Shown here: positions 25,353 to 38,000 of the stretch, in pieces | How the letters are laid out: every line of letters starts with the position of its first letter | How positions within the stretch are numbered: the stretch's first letter is position 1 | NCBI GenBank assembly: GCA_034226945.1 | Contig: CP120463.1 | Coordinates: 124,001 to 188,000, forward strand | From: Picochlorum sp. SENEW3 | Lineage: Eukaryota | Direction of reading: 5' to 3' | DNA: 64,000 bases | Notes under the pieces: generated by a model | Seen by the model: only the letters and a program-made list of their open reading frames with translations | The model's database searches: none | What the model was told of the DNA's origin: nothing | Made by a program: the position numbers and the translations under genes

Positions 25353-25901
25353 ATGATCAGGCGCTTCCTTACTTCCAGGGCTGTCACGAATTTTCGCATC
25401 TATCGGGCTGTGACTACAGAAGCTGCGAAGAGTCAGAGAACCCCACGAGATGCCATATTTGCTAGAATAATAGCGGGATTGTTTTTGCTCGGTGCAGGCG
25501 TTAAAGTCGCCCCATTCGCTGCCGGAGCGTTGGTCGAGCACACGGTTAAACTTATGCAGACAGATGTTCCTTTTCTGCAAGCAGCGGGCCTTGAAAGGCT
25601 TTATTATCTTCTCTACTTCGATGCAGCGCGCGATAAAGCACTTGAAACGGGTGCTGTCGAGGCCATGACAAATATTTGTCTGGAGCTGACTCCTCCACAG
25701 CAACACAGGTATCTGGTGATCCTGAATATATTGTCTCATTGTGAGGACTTTCGAGGGCACCTGAATTGCCCAATGCTACGGAATCTTTTATTCTCATTAG
25801 AGGAACAGCAGCTGGATGTGTCTCCAGCGGGACGGAATGTCGAACTAGCTTCAACGTACCACCTGGCTCGAACTTTGTTCAAACAGCATTGCCGAGGATG
25901 A
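25353..25901 (+). CDS. Hypothetical protein with mitochondrial-like presequence, TM segment and ARM-like helices
   Basis: Arg-rich N-terminus, a hydrophobic segment and ARM-like ALETGAVEAM. Confidence 0.55.
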   Translation: MIRRFLTSRAVTNFRIYRAVTTEAAKSQRTPRDAIFARIIAGLFLLGAGVKVAPFAAGALVEHTVKLMQTDVPFLQAAGLERLYYLLYFDAARDKALETGAVEAMTNICLELTPPQQHRYLVILNILSHCEDFRGHLNCPMLRNLLFSLEEQQLDVSPAGRNVELASTYHLARTLFKQHCRG

Positions 25902-26042
25902 CAAAATAGCATTTCTTTCTTTCTTTCTTTCTTCTAGATGGTATCATGATATTATTCTTTCATATATATATATATATGACATTGAAAAAGATGTATATAG
26001 AACACCGAAAAAAAAACATACATATCATCATCATCATCATCA

Positions 26043-27365
26043 TCATTTCTTGATAGCCACCAGAAGAAAGTATTGTTTCTTCTCTGGCATGTACCGATAC
26101 AAGAATGGTATCGCCTCAATATCGCACTGATCATCAAAGTACACTCTATTCTTCATGACTGTTCGATTATGAAAGCCAGTCTTCTTCCTTGGCCTGGATA
26201 CTGACTTGAGACCCAGTTTTTTCATCATCTCGCCAATCATCAGATTGCGAGGATTGTCTTTAGGGTTCTCTGATCCTTTCGATGGGTACGTGAGATCCAC
26301 CCAATCACCACTACCCTCATTGACAACCTGCAAGCCTGGTACAGCCTCACCGCCTTTGAGCTTGTGCAAGAGAAACATGTTCAGATCATTCTCCAAATTC
26401 TTCCTTTCTTCTTCCATACGAAACATGCGAGAATGTTTGAGCAGATATGCACGAGCCCTAAAGGCAACATTCCCTTCCGAGTTCATGGCTCTTTTCATGG
26501 CATTCTCCAAAAGAGCCTGGGTAAAAACATGGCGACACCAAGGAACATCCTGACCCAGTGGAGACTGATAGTACAAGGCCCGTTTCTGCATGAGCTCAAT
26601 CTTTCTATCAGCATCAGAGACTCCACAAGCACTCAAGTACCCAGCAAATGATTTTTGGTGACCAGAGTAGCCAACAAACCCCAGACATGCATATTCTGTT
26701 TTGAACAAACTGTTCTGAATCTGAGATACGGTGGTAATAATACCTTTCGACCCCTTATTCAAGAGATTCCCATCAATGAAATCTGCATTGTCCATTACGA
26801 AACCTGGCAAGGTATATGAGATGGACTTGGCCAGGCTTTCTGCCTGTGGCAGAATGAAAGCTTCCGACATCTTCACAATGACATACAAGGAACAAAATGC
26901 TGCAGACCTCATAACCTTTTTATAGCTGAGAGACACGTCCATGAACGAATCACTTTCCAGTGGCCCGTTATTCGCTATAAGATCCATTTTCAGAGAAGAC
27001 ACCTTTGTATACTTGATATGAAAACCCAAGTTTCTGAATGCAAGATGAGCGGCAGCATGTATGCTCCTGAATGACTTTTCTTCTGATGATACAGAAATCC
27101 CCCCACCAGTCTTTGGCGTGTACTTGAGGATTGGTCCATCCATCTTCTTTGTTCCATCATCATCATCATCATCATCTTCTTCTTCTTCTTCTTTTGCTAT
27201 GGGCTGCTGTATGTCGCATATACCAAGACGCTTGAGATTCTCATGAATTCCAGTTGAACCATGAGCCTCAGAAAGCCATGAATATACCGTGCCAATTCGA
27301 AAAACCCCAATGCCTTGATCCAAAAGCATTTGATTGACTTGGATGGACATGGATGGGACATCCAT
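26043..27365 (-). CDS. Orphan intronless 440-aa protein
   Basis: Long ORF with a poly-E/D tract. No motif recognised. Confidence 0.6.
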   Translation of the reverse strand: MDVPSMSIQVNQMLLDQGIGVFRIGTVYSWLSEAHGSTGIHENLKRLGICDIQQPIAKEEEEEDDDDDDDGTKKMDGPILKYTPKTGGGISVSSEEKSFRSIHAAAHLAFRNLGFHIKYTKVSSLKMDLIANNGPLESDSFMDVSLSYKKVMRSAAFCSLYVIVKMSEAFILPQAESLAKSISYTLPGFVMDNADFIDGNLLNKGSKGIITTVSQIQNSLFKTEYACLGFVGYSGHQKSFAGYLSACGVSDADRKIELMQKRALYYQSPLGQDVPWCRHVFTQALLENAMKRAMNSEGNVAFRARAYLLKHSRMFRMEEERKNLENDLNMFLLHKLKGGEAVPGLQVVNEGSGDWVDLTYPSKGSENPKDNPRNLMIGEMMKKLGLKSVSRPRKKTGFHNRTVMKNRVYFDDQCDIEAIPFLYRYMPEKKQYFLLVAIKK

Positions 27366-28610
27366 CTTCCACCCCTTCCTTCACCCAAAATACCTCTGAT
27401 TATCTATATACTCGAATTATTTATATTGCATCCATGCGTTCAATTCGGACTCTCTTTCTGTATGTAGGTTTTTAAAAAAAGTACATGTCTTCCTCTCATT
27501 CAGATGCTAACACCATTCATGAGTACCTCTCAGATGTCTCTCGAGTACGAAGAATACCTGTTGTCCTGTAATGATGAGGATGATGATCTGACGAAAGGCT
27601 TTTCAAAGTAGTCAGCAAGGCAGGAAGAGCTTGTGGATATCAAAACCATCCTCCTGGTGTAGCAAGGCAAGGCATTGCTGCCAGATCTGCAAACGGCCCC
27701 GTCTGCACAGAATCGTACTAGAAATGATAGCCAGAAAAAATAGGAACACGACAGGATACAGAAACATACCGTCATCATCATATTTCCGGCGTAAATAGTT
27801 TCTTCAAGTGTATCGATGTGGTCTATATGAAACATTGCCACATGACTAACCATGCCAGCGACATGGTCGCCGCAGCCTCTTGGCCACGAAAAGACCGTGG
27901 CAATCCTATGTGATACCTCACATCTTGAATTAAAGATGCTCAAAGAACAACATTACATTATACGCGCGTGGGACTTCCTGATACCCTTTGTTGACCGCAG
28001 GGGCGTCTCCCTCTCGTTACAGAACCAGAGCCAGAAAGCTCCCATTAAGCTTTCTGTATCGGGTGTAAGTTTGAATTTTAGTGGTTGCAGATTAGATCTA
28101 ATTCCAGAATGAATCGCAAAAGCATCGAGGAATTGACGGGACAAGAGGAACAAATGTGTGAGAAGATTGTCATCATCCAAACTTCTTGTGAGATATGATG
28201 ATACCCATACATACACCCACAATCAAAACCGTGATTGCCACAGACACTGGAAGTCATTCTGAAAGACAAGGTGAAGGAGAAGAATGACAAGGAATCATCT
28301 ATTCATGAGGTATGTTGAATTAAATTAAATAACATATTGGTTATGTATCTAGAAGAAGGATGAAGAACAGTCCCATGCATGTGAGTAGGTGAGGCTTTAT
28401 GGGAAAGGCTATTTGCCTCTCAGAAAGAGATCTGGGTACCCTATAGAGTGCTGCACGATATACAGCCAGATGGAAATGGGAGATTGCCAAGCCTGTGTAC
28501 TTTCAAAAGGATCCCCGAACCAACGGCAACACTCCTGATTGATTCTCGAATAGTCAATAAGTTCCTTAAAAATTAATTAAAATTAAAACAAGTTCCTTAA
28601 TAAAAAAAAC

Positions 28611-28683
28611 CACCGAATCAGGGGCTCGAACCCTGGACCACCAGGTTAAGAGCCTGGCGCTCTACCGACTGAGCTAATTCGGC
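28611..28683 (-). tRNA. tRNA-Lys(CTT)
   Basis: GCCGAATTAGCTCAGTCGGTAGAGC-G-CCAGG CT CTT AA CCTGG-TGGTC-CAGGGTTCGAGCCCCTG-ATTCGGTG, followed by a T8 Pol III terminator. Confidence 0.97.
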
Positions 28684-29017
28684 ATGAGAGACGAGAATCT
28701 CTCACGAGAGGTGTGACCCTCCACAAGTGATGCTGCGAGTGCGATTTTTTGGTCTTATAAATACCCGAATAATATTTAATGTTCTTTTTAAGGAACTTCA
28801 CACAAACATTTGTGTGTTGTGTATTATTATTAGACCTGCGTCATCCTCATCCTTTGACACACACACAAGAAAGGAAAATATACATTTATTTATGTATATA
28901 TAGCAGTAGCAATAGCAGTAACAATTCAAAATCAAAACAAAAGCTTGGAGCGCATGCAACACCATGCGCTCTTGACACGAAGACCATAGTAGTGATATTA
29001 TACGTATAACAACAATA

Positions 29018-32000
29018 ATGATAATAATGGAAGAAGATACATGGATGCTTGACTTGGTGGCAGCACCGGAAAAGCAGTGCGCTGAGTTGTCAAGAGAGGT
29101 CTCTGACGCTCTTGAACGTGCGAAAAAGAACAAGGACGTGGCCATCAAATTGCTGCAAGCGTATAATATTGTTCCATCTCTCCTCGAAGAACAAATAACC
29201 TTGTTCTTTGGCTATTTCCCTGCACCATCTCGATGGTTGCTGGAGGATGAAGAGGAGGATTCTGCAGCAGTTGAATGTGCCAAGAGCATGCTGTTGGGTT
29301 TGTACGAATCGACAGACTTTTTGGCTTCTCGTTGGCAATGGGATGATGTACTTCTTTTGTGTGAGCATCGTGATAGAAGAGTTCGGTGGTATGGGAGGCA
29401 ATGCCTGGGGCGCATTCTAGGTATTCCATGCTGCCCCTCCACTGATACTGATGATGATGATGATGACATCATGCAAATGCAGTGGAAAGAGACTCTTGCA
29501 ATGATTCAGTTGTTGAGGAAAATGCTTTATCAATATGCTGCTGCACAGAGAGGAGAAGAATCGCAAGACACGTTTGAAATGGCATTATCGATTGAAGGAA
29601 ACTCAATCCTTCTCGAGGGACCTCCGAGTTCAGGCAAATCAACACTCATTCAGTCGTATCACCTTAAATATGGAAAGAAATGCATACGAATTCATCTGGA
29701 TGACCAAATGGATGCAAAAAGTCTTCTGGGTGGATATGTCTGTACTTCAAAACCTGGAGAATTTTCCTGGTCACCAGGTCCAGTTGTGAGGGCAATGCAA
29801 AATGGTTGCTGGTTGGTGCTAGAGAATCTCAATCTAGCATCCACAGAAGTGATCACATTGATTCAATCCTTGTCCAAGACCAATAAAATTCACATTGCGT
29901 CGCGTGGACAAGTCATCAAGGCGCAGCATGGGTTCCGGTTAATAGCAACATGCACCACCACATCATCTTCTCCTAGTACAAGAAATCTTCTTCCCACTGG
30001 TGTTCGCATCCGGATGAACGAGTTGACATTCGAAGAGCAAAAGCACATTGTTGGACAATCATGCCATGTCATGTCTCAGCTGTTGGTGCATCAGGCTTTG
30101 GTGGCAGGAGACGTTTTGAAAAGGGAGCTTGGCGCTGATAGGATCTTTACCTTTCGAGATATGATCAAATGGGCCAGGCGAATGACAGCGTTTCATTCAA
30201 AGACGCTGACCGACGGGATGCCTGCAGAGCCATCCTCTGACATAGGAATCATCCCAATGCCAGCCCGAGAAGCAGCTTGCATTGAATTAGTAGACTGTGC
30301 GTGTATGTCTATTCCAAAAGATTCAGCGAGAATACAGGCTGCCAGCGTGATTGCCAGCCATTTTGCGATTCCTACTTCTTGGATAGAGCAGTACCTGTGT
30401 TACACAAAGCCATCTCTAGAGATCGATAACAAATCTTGTCATATAGGAAGAGCACGTTTGACGATAGCAGAAAGAGGAAAGGGTCTTTCTCCATCATTTG
30501 CCAAAACGGGCGAGGCGATGAGAATCATGGAGAAGATTTGTGCAGCCATATGCATGGATGAGCCTGTCCTTGTGGTGGGAGAGACCGGGGTCGGTAAAAC
30601 GACCGTCATTCAGGAAGTTGCTCGCATGGTTGATAAGAAATTTGCAGTTGTGAATCTGAGTCAGCAATCGGATTCGTCCGACTTGATTGGAGGCTTTCGG
30701 CCCAAATCTCCAGGGGAAGACGTCATTGACATGTTGCCTACATTTTTATGTCTAGTTAAGAAAACTTGGACGAGGGGCAACAACGAAGAATTCCTGTCTA
30801 GAGTGGTTCGCCTGGGAAAGAAAAAGAAATGGACGCAGCTGCTAAAAGCATACAAAGCAGCTGCAAATAAATGGTTGATGGGTAAGGAGACCCGAGGAGT
30901 CAAGAGAAAAAGACCAGAGGACCCTGACAGCATAGACCAGGAGTCGTTAGATTCTGAATGGAGAAGATTTCACACAGAACTAGAGAAGATGGAGGCTGCT
31001 TCGTCGCTCATGGAAAGGGGTTTTGCTTTTGGGTTTACAGAAGGAATTCTAGTAAAGGCATTCAAGGAGGGGTGGTGGCTGTTGTTGGATGAGATTAATT
31101 TGGCTCCGACAGAGGTACGTATTCTGTCGAGACTGATGGATGAACCGGTATCATTACAAATATTACCCTAGAGACTATGTTGTGCAGGTGCTGGAAAAGA
31201 TTGCTGGGCTCCTTGACAGTACGTCAGATGGATGGATACTTTCTGAGCGTGGAGACGAAGAAGAAATACCGAGGCATCCAGAGTTTCGGATCTTTGGCGC
31301 CATGAATCCAGCAACAGATTCTGGCAAGAAAAATTTGCCTCCGCTTGTTAGGAATAGATTCACAGAGTTTTGGGTTGACGAGCCCAGCAACAGAGAGGAC
31401 CTCCTCATCATTGTAGGACAGCATCTCGGTCCTATAGCACTGCAATCCCCGGTGTCTGATATTGTGGATCTCTATATACGGATAAAAGAAGAATCGGTGC
31501 GTTCCCAGTCTCTTGTATGCCCAAAAATAATCTTATAACGACAACAATCACCCTGTCTTGCAGATGAATACGCTCCAGGATGGAGCGGGAGTTCGACCTG
31601 TTTACAACCTAAGAACACTAACAAGGGCATTAGAATACAGCAGGGTCAATTCTAGTACGTATGGTATCAGAAGGGCATTGGTAGATGGATTTGCCATGTC
31701 TTTCCAGACGCAGCTTGATGCAGAGAGCTCTGCTAGGCTTGATAGACTATTCGAAAGCCACTTGTTACCTCCAGGAGCGACTTTGCAGGTATGTGTCGTG
31801 TATAAGCTAGCATCACGTTCATCACATGTATCAATATCGTGTTGCATATTATTACTGCAGGGCATCACGAAAGTGGTTCCTGAACCACCATCCCCAAAAC
31901 ACATTCTTTTTGGAGACTACTGGATCCAAGGTGGGACCAATATGACCGAAAACCCTGAGAAATTTATCACCACCCCCACAGTACAGTTACACTTGAAAAA

Positions 32001-35000
32001 CCTGGCGAGGGCAGTGTTGCTCAGAAAATACCCAATCCTACTCCAGGGACCAACTTCTAGTGGAAAGACATCACTGATAACACATCTAGCATCGGTGACT
32101 GGCCATAAATGTATCAGAATAAACAACCACGAGCATACTGATATTCAAGAATACATAGGTTTTTATATCAGCGACTCTGAGGGAAGACTCGTATTCAACG
32201 AAGGACCGCTTGTTCAAGCACTCCGACAAGGACACTGGGTGATTTTGGACGAATTAAACTTGGCACCTTCGGAAGTCCTTGAAGCTTTGAATCGGTTGTT
32301 AGACGACAACAGAGAACTTTTTGTCCCAGAACTGCAAGAGGTCGTTAAGCCAGATAAAAACTTTATGCTATTTGCTACACAGAATCCGCCGGGAATCTAT
32401 GCAGGAAGGAAGAGCCTTAGTCGAGCATTTCGCTCCAGATTCCTTGAACTGCATGTAGATGATATTCCTGACGTCGAACTTCACGAAATCATCGAAAAGC
32501 GCTGCAGTATTGCACCTTCGTATGCAAAGAGGATGATCGCTGTTATGCGGGAACTTCAACGCCGTCGATCGGCAGGTAATCTTTTCGCTGGTCGCCACGG
32601 CTACATCACGCCTCGCGATCTTTTTCGATGGGCAAACAGGCCTGCCACGAGCTACAGTCAATTAGCCTTCAACGGCTTCTTTGTCCTCGGAGAGAGGCTT
32701 CGGTCTGATGTTGAACGACAGGTGGTTCTCCAAACGCTGCAGAGAGAGCTAAAAACAAAAGTAAGTTTGAATTGGATTTTCACTGTGGAACAACGTACAA
32801 TTACGAGATATGTACTGCAGATCTGTCCGGAAGAGATGTATCTTCAATCGAATATCCCGTCAACGGCGTCGACTCTTGAAAACATTGGTGAGATCGTCTG
32901 GACGCCTAGCTTCAAGAGAATGTGTGTGAACCTTTTCAAGACACAATTGTACGTGCACTCGAGTCTGAACAAACAAACTGTACCATGCAGGTATTACTTG
33001 CTCGAAAAATGTCTGGAGAACGGCGAGCCAGCACTCCTGGTAGGAGAAACTGGAATTGGAAAGACAACTGCCTGCCAGCTTATCGCCGAATCAATGGGCC
33101 AACGCCTTCGAATTTTGAATTGCAACCAGCACACCGAAACATCGGACTTCTTGGGCGGCTACAGACCAAATCGCGCCAGAAAATCGATTGTTTCTCGCCT
33201 TCGAGATACAATGGCAAGATTCGATGTTCAAATTTCGGATTCCGAACCGGACTCCAAAGTTATACAAAGGATCAAAGACTTTCTGCAAACCGAATCCAAT
33301 GTATTACCAGATAATATACGGCATATCGTATTACAAGACATTGCGTCTTTTTATGCGCCATTTGAGTGGATAGATGGACCTTTGATCGACGCGATGAAGA
33401 ATGGCGATATTCTTTTACTGGATGAATTGAATCTTGCCGAGGATGCAGTTTTAGAGAGATTGAATAGGTGCGAGCGATCTTTTAGATCAGAAGACCGAAT
33501 TTTTTATTCTGTCCCACACGTTATGAAATTGATATCTGTATTTACTTTTTTGTTCTTTTGTGGTCCAGTGTTCTGGAGTCCGGGAAAACAATCACGCTGG
33601 CTGAAAAGGGGGGCATAGCCACTGAAGTTATAGAAGGCCACGAGAAGTTTCAGATTATCGCCACGATGAACCCTGGGGGTGACTTTGGCAAGAAAGAGCT
33701 CTCCCCCGCATTAATGAATCGATTCACAAGTATTTGGGTGCCTCGAATCCATGATCGTGGCGAACTTTTGTCAATCTTGCGGGCAAAACTTCGCAAAACT
33801 CCCGAAGATGTTGCTAGTATGATGTTGGAATTTTGCTCGTATTTCGATGAATCCATTTCAATCCATTGTCGACAGAGTCTGTCAGTCCGAGACATTCTAT
33901 CGTGGGTGCAATTTGCCAATGAAATGTTTGATAATGGCATGGGTGTTGTTGAGAGTTTTAGACATGGCGCCGAACTCGTCATTATCGATGGACTTGGATT
34001 AGGATCTGGCGTAGATGACCAGGTGCGGGGTTGTTTCTGTTCTTATCATTGTAAAGGGTGATCCCTTCAAGCGAATATTATCTGATTTGCGTTAAGATGA
34101 GTATGCAGAGAATTTATTCGCTACAAGTAGAATTGCGCCAAGTGTTGTCGAAGATATGCGAAGATCACTGTGGAGCATTTGACTCCCCTGGAAATTTTTC
34201 CATACATGCCGAAGAAGATCGATGGGGTATTCCCCCGTTCTTCATCGAATGTAAGTCCTCGGCGAAGATAGAGCATTTCAACTTTGATGCAGGAACCACG
34301 AAGGAAAACTTGTTTCGATTATTTAGAGCCATGCAATTGAAAAAACCTATTTTACTTGAGGGTAGTCCAGGTGTTGGGAAAACTACTTTAGTCGAAGCCA
34401 TGAGTGTAGCTGTTGGCAGAAACTTTGTGCGCATAAATCTCAGTGACCAGACCGACATGATGGATCTTCTTGGTGCTAACCTTCCATCGCCGAATGGCGG
34501 TATAGGAGACTTTTCCTGGTATGTTCTTTGTGGTCATTTGTTCTTTTGGTGCATAGTCTGACTTTTTGGATTGTTTGAACCCCGTTTAGGTCTGATGGAC
34601 CATTGCTTCGAGCTATGAAATCTGGTTCCTGGGTCCTCCTGGATGAACTCAATCTCGCCTGTCAGAGCGTTCTGGAGGGTTTGAATGCTCTTCTAGATCA
34701 CAGAGGTGAAATTTTTGTACCAGAACTGAATGCAATCGTGAAGTGCTCACCTGGATTCAGATTGTTTGGAGCACAGAATCCGATCCAGGAGGGTGGTGGT
34801 AGGAAAGGTCTTCCAAGATCTTTCCTAAACAGGTTCATCAGAGTTCGGATACGCGGATTTTCGCGAGCTGATTTGATAGAAATTACATGTACGTGAATAT
34901 ACTATACAGTTGTTGATTTTTTTCGGTGGCGCTGGTAACTATCAAGTATCCATTCAAAATAATGCAGCATCTCTACATTCTCGGATCCCTGAGCCTGTTG

Positions 35001-38000
35001 TGGAAAGCATGACGGACTGCTTGCTAGAATGCTCTGGGCACTTGATCAAATCTTCTTTTGATTTCAATCTGCGGGATTTACTTCGGTGGTGCAAACTTGT
35101 AGATGCTAAAATGGGTGTGGGGCCAATGACAGGTCACGCAGCTGTTGTGGAATGGACTAGGTTCTATGGCACTATGCTCCTGACCAATCGGATGCGCTCA
35201 GTGGACGACAGGGACTGGGTGGAGACAGTATTGAGTTTACGTTTCAAGGATCAGGCTCCATGCTCAGAGTCCAGTTTTGCAATTCTGCCTGAGGCAATCC
35301 GATATGGATCAGTGGAGTTGTGCAAGGACCACTTAGGGAAGGCCATGACTAACTCATCGTTAGAAAACGCTACACATGATCACATATTAATTCCCAGTGT
35401 TTATAGGATACAAGAAATATTGTCCCAGTGCATCGAGTTAAATTGGCTTGGGATACTCGTGGGTCCCAGTGGATGCGGCAGATCAGCATGCATCACTAAT
35501 ATTGCCACATCCATGGGGAAGAAAGTTGTGGAAATCCAACTGCACCAAGGGACCGACATCTCAGACCTGCTTGGAGGATTTGAACAGGTTGATTTGGAAC
35601 GAGAAGGCTTCAACGTGATCGTGAAAATCAAGACATTTCTGCAGAGTCTGGCCTTCCATCTCGTTTGGAATGGGCAGTCCTTGAAACCCTTGCAGTTTTT
35701 GGGGAAGACCCTTTTCAATTCTACATTGTCTCCCGGTGAACTTTCTTCAGTGGCCTCCCAAACGATTGTAGACAGCATCGAATCCTTTCGTGCCCTGATT
35801 GATGGCATGGATATAAAACCTATGGAGTCTAGAGAGTGTCTGGCAATTGATCTAGAGAAATTGGCTGCCACTGCCTGGGAGTACTTACAAAGGAGAAATA
35901 CAGAGAGAGCCGGAAAGTTTGAGTGGATCGACGGAACTTTGACTCGTTGCATTCTGGATGGATCATGGGTCATCCTCCGAGATGCTAATCTGTGTGATCC
36001 GAGTATATTGGATAGATTGAATCCGCTGTTTGAACCTGACGGTGTGATGTCCCTGAACGAATGTGGATCAACAACCAATGGTCCAAGAGTAGTAGTCCCG
36101 CATAAAGACTTCAGGATGTTTATAATCTATGATCCCACTGACGGGGAAATATCTCGAGCAATGAGAAACAGAGGGATCGAAATATTCTTCTCTGGCATTG
36201 ACCAAAATGCTTTCGCAGCTGACACTGTAGTTGCAGATGTGTCTGCCATCATCGCTGCCAAAGGCTTGCCGACGGCTCTTTCGGACCAGATTGCTAAAAA
36301 GTGGTTGATGTCCTCTGATAGACCTAACTTGCAGACACTGACAAAACAATCTAAACTAATGCATGCCTTGATTTCCAGGGGGAATTCATTGGATACAGCA
36401 CTTAGACTGGCATTTGAAGATTTTGATGGGTTTGAATTGGATCGGCTTCTTGTATTCCCGGATATAAATGCATTTTTATACCCAAAAATAGATCAGCTTT
36501 ATGCTGCAGGGACCATGGACAAGTTTTTTGCTGACTGGGAGTTTGTCCTGAAGATGACAAGAGGTATGGACAGCAGAAACCCATCTGATCTTTCATCAGA
36601 TGTCAGATCACTTGTACACAACAAGCAGACTGTATTCGCCCTCATGAATCAGTCTGGATATTTTGCATCCGATTCCACTCCAAGAAGCTGTCAAAACATG
36701 GAGATGAAAGAAGGTACTGTGAACGCTGTCATGACAATTTTCCTAGATGAGGACCGTGACAAGATGGCAATGCGGTGTAATTTTTTCTTGGATATGACAA
36801 AGCATAGAATTTATCCGACTAGCGGAAGCGAAGAGTTAGGTCTCGAGCTTTGCTCGGAATTGCAGATTATACAAGATTTGTTACAGGAACTAGTATCGAA
36901 TCCAGGCACAACAACAGCCTTGAACCGGAAAGATATCAGAATTTTCTTGGAAAAGCATCGCCTTAAAAGACTATTTGAAAAAGTTTCTGAGATAAATAGT
37001 CCAGAGGAGTGCTGTAATGCGTTGGAACTGGCAATTTGGTCTCACAAGAACCCATTTTATGCTGAGAGGGTTCCAAACAAGGGGATGATCCAATGGATAT
37101 GGCCCACGCTCGAGAATTTATACGACCTTTGTATTAGAAACGACTCAGATGCGTTTTATGACGACCTCTCTCTGTTTAGAAGTCGACTATTAACAGAGCC
37201 TGCTGTGTTCGATACAGAGAGGTTAGCTCACTCATGGCACGCCTTGTTTGTATCATTGCAGCAAGTTCAGGATAAACTTCCACCTGATATTGCTAAATTA
37301 GTTCAGAACTTATGTTGTGCATTGCTTGGCAACGAGGAAAGCGCAAGGAGTGCAGAGTGGTTTTTAAAAATGCTAGGAAGGCCTCTGGTTGCATTAAACC
37401 TTGAATTGCACGAGTTACTTTCTCATGGGATTGATGTTGTGAAGGGTTTCCGACTTTGCAATAATCTTCTCGATTTATATGACGAGAATTTTCAGAAATA
37501 TCAGGGAAGGCTATTGGTTGCAACAGAGCCAGATTTACGCAAAGAGGTGTTGGATGCTTTAGAGATTGCTTTTGCTGGGTCGATTCTGGATATAAGTTCT
37601 ATTACTCGTGTGGCAAATATCTTATCCCACCTTGAGAATTTTGACCAAAGTGAAAAGGTCAAGAAGAGAATCAGTAAAGCTGGTTCCAAATGCAATGCAG
37701 ATTCCTTGATGGGGCTTCAAGGCCATGCAAATTGGGTAAGACTTGCAAGTTTAGATGATATAATTGCACGGAGGATGGAGTTTGATCTCGTATTCCGATT
37801 GAATTGGACTGGTGACAGATTAAATGACAAACAACTGGCTATAGTTGAGGTAATTGATAGCATTGTGCGAGCACCTACTCGTTCTGTTGCTGATGCACTG
37901 CCATACAGGGCAATACTGAATTTTGACGAGTCCCAGAGCAGCCCACACAACGATAATAGGATGGAACTTGAGAGGCGAATGGCCATGATGGCCTGGCTGC

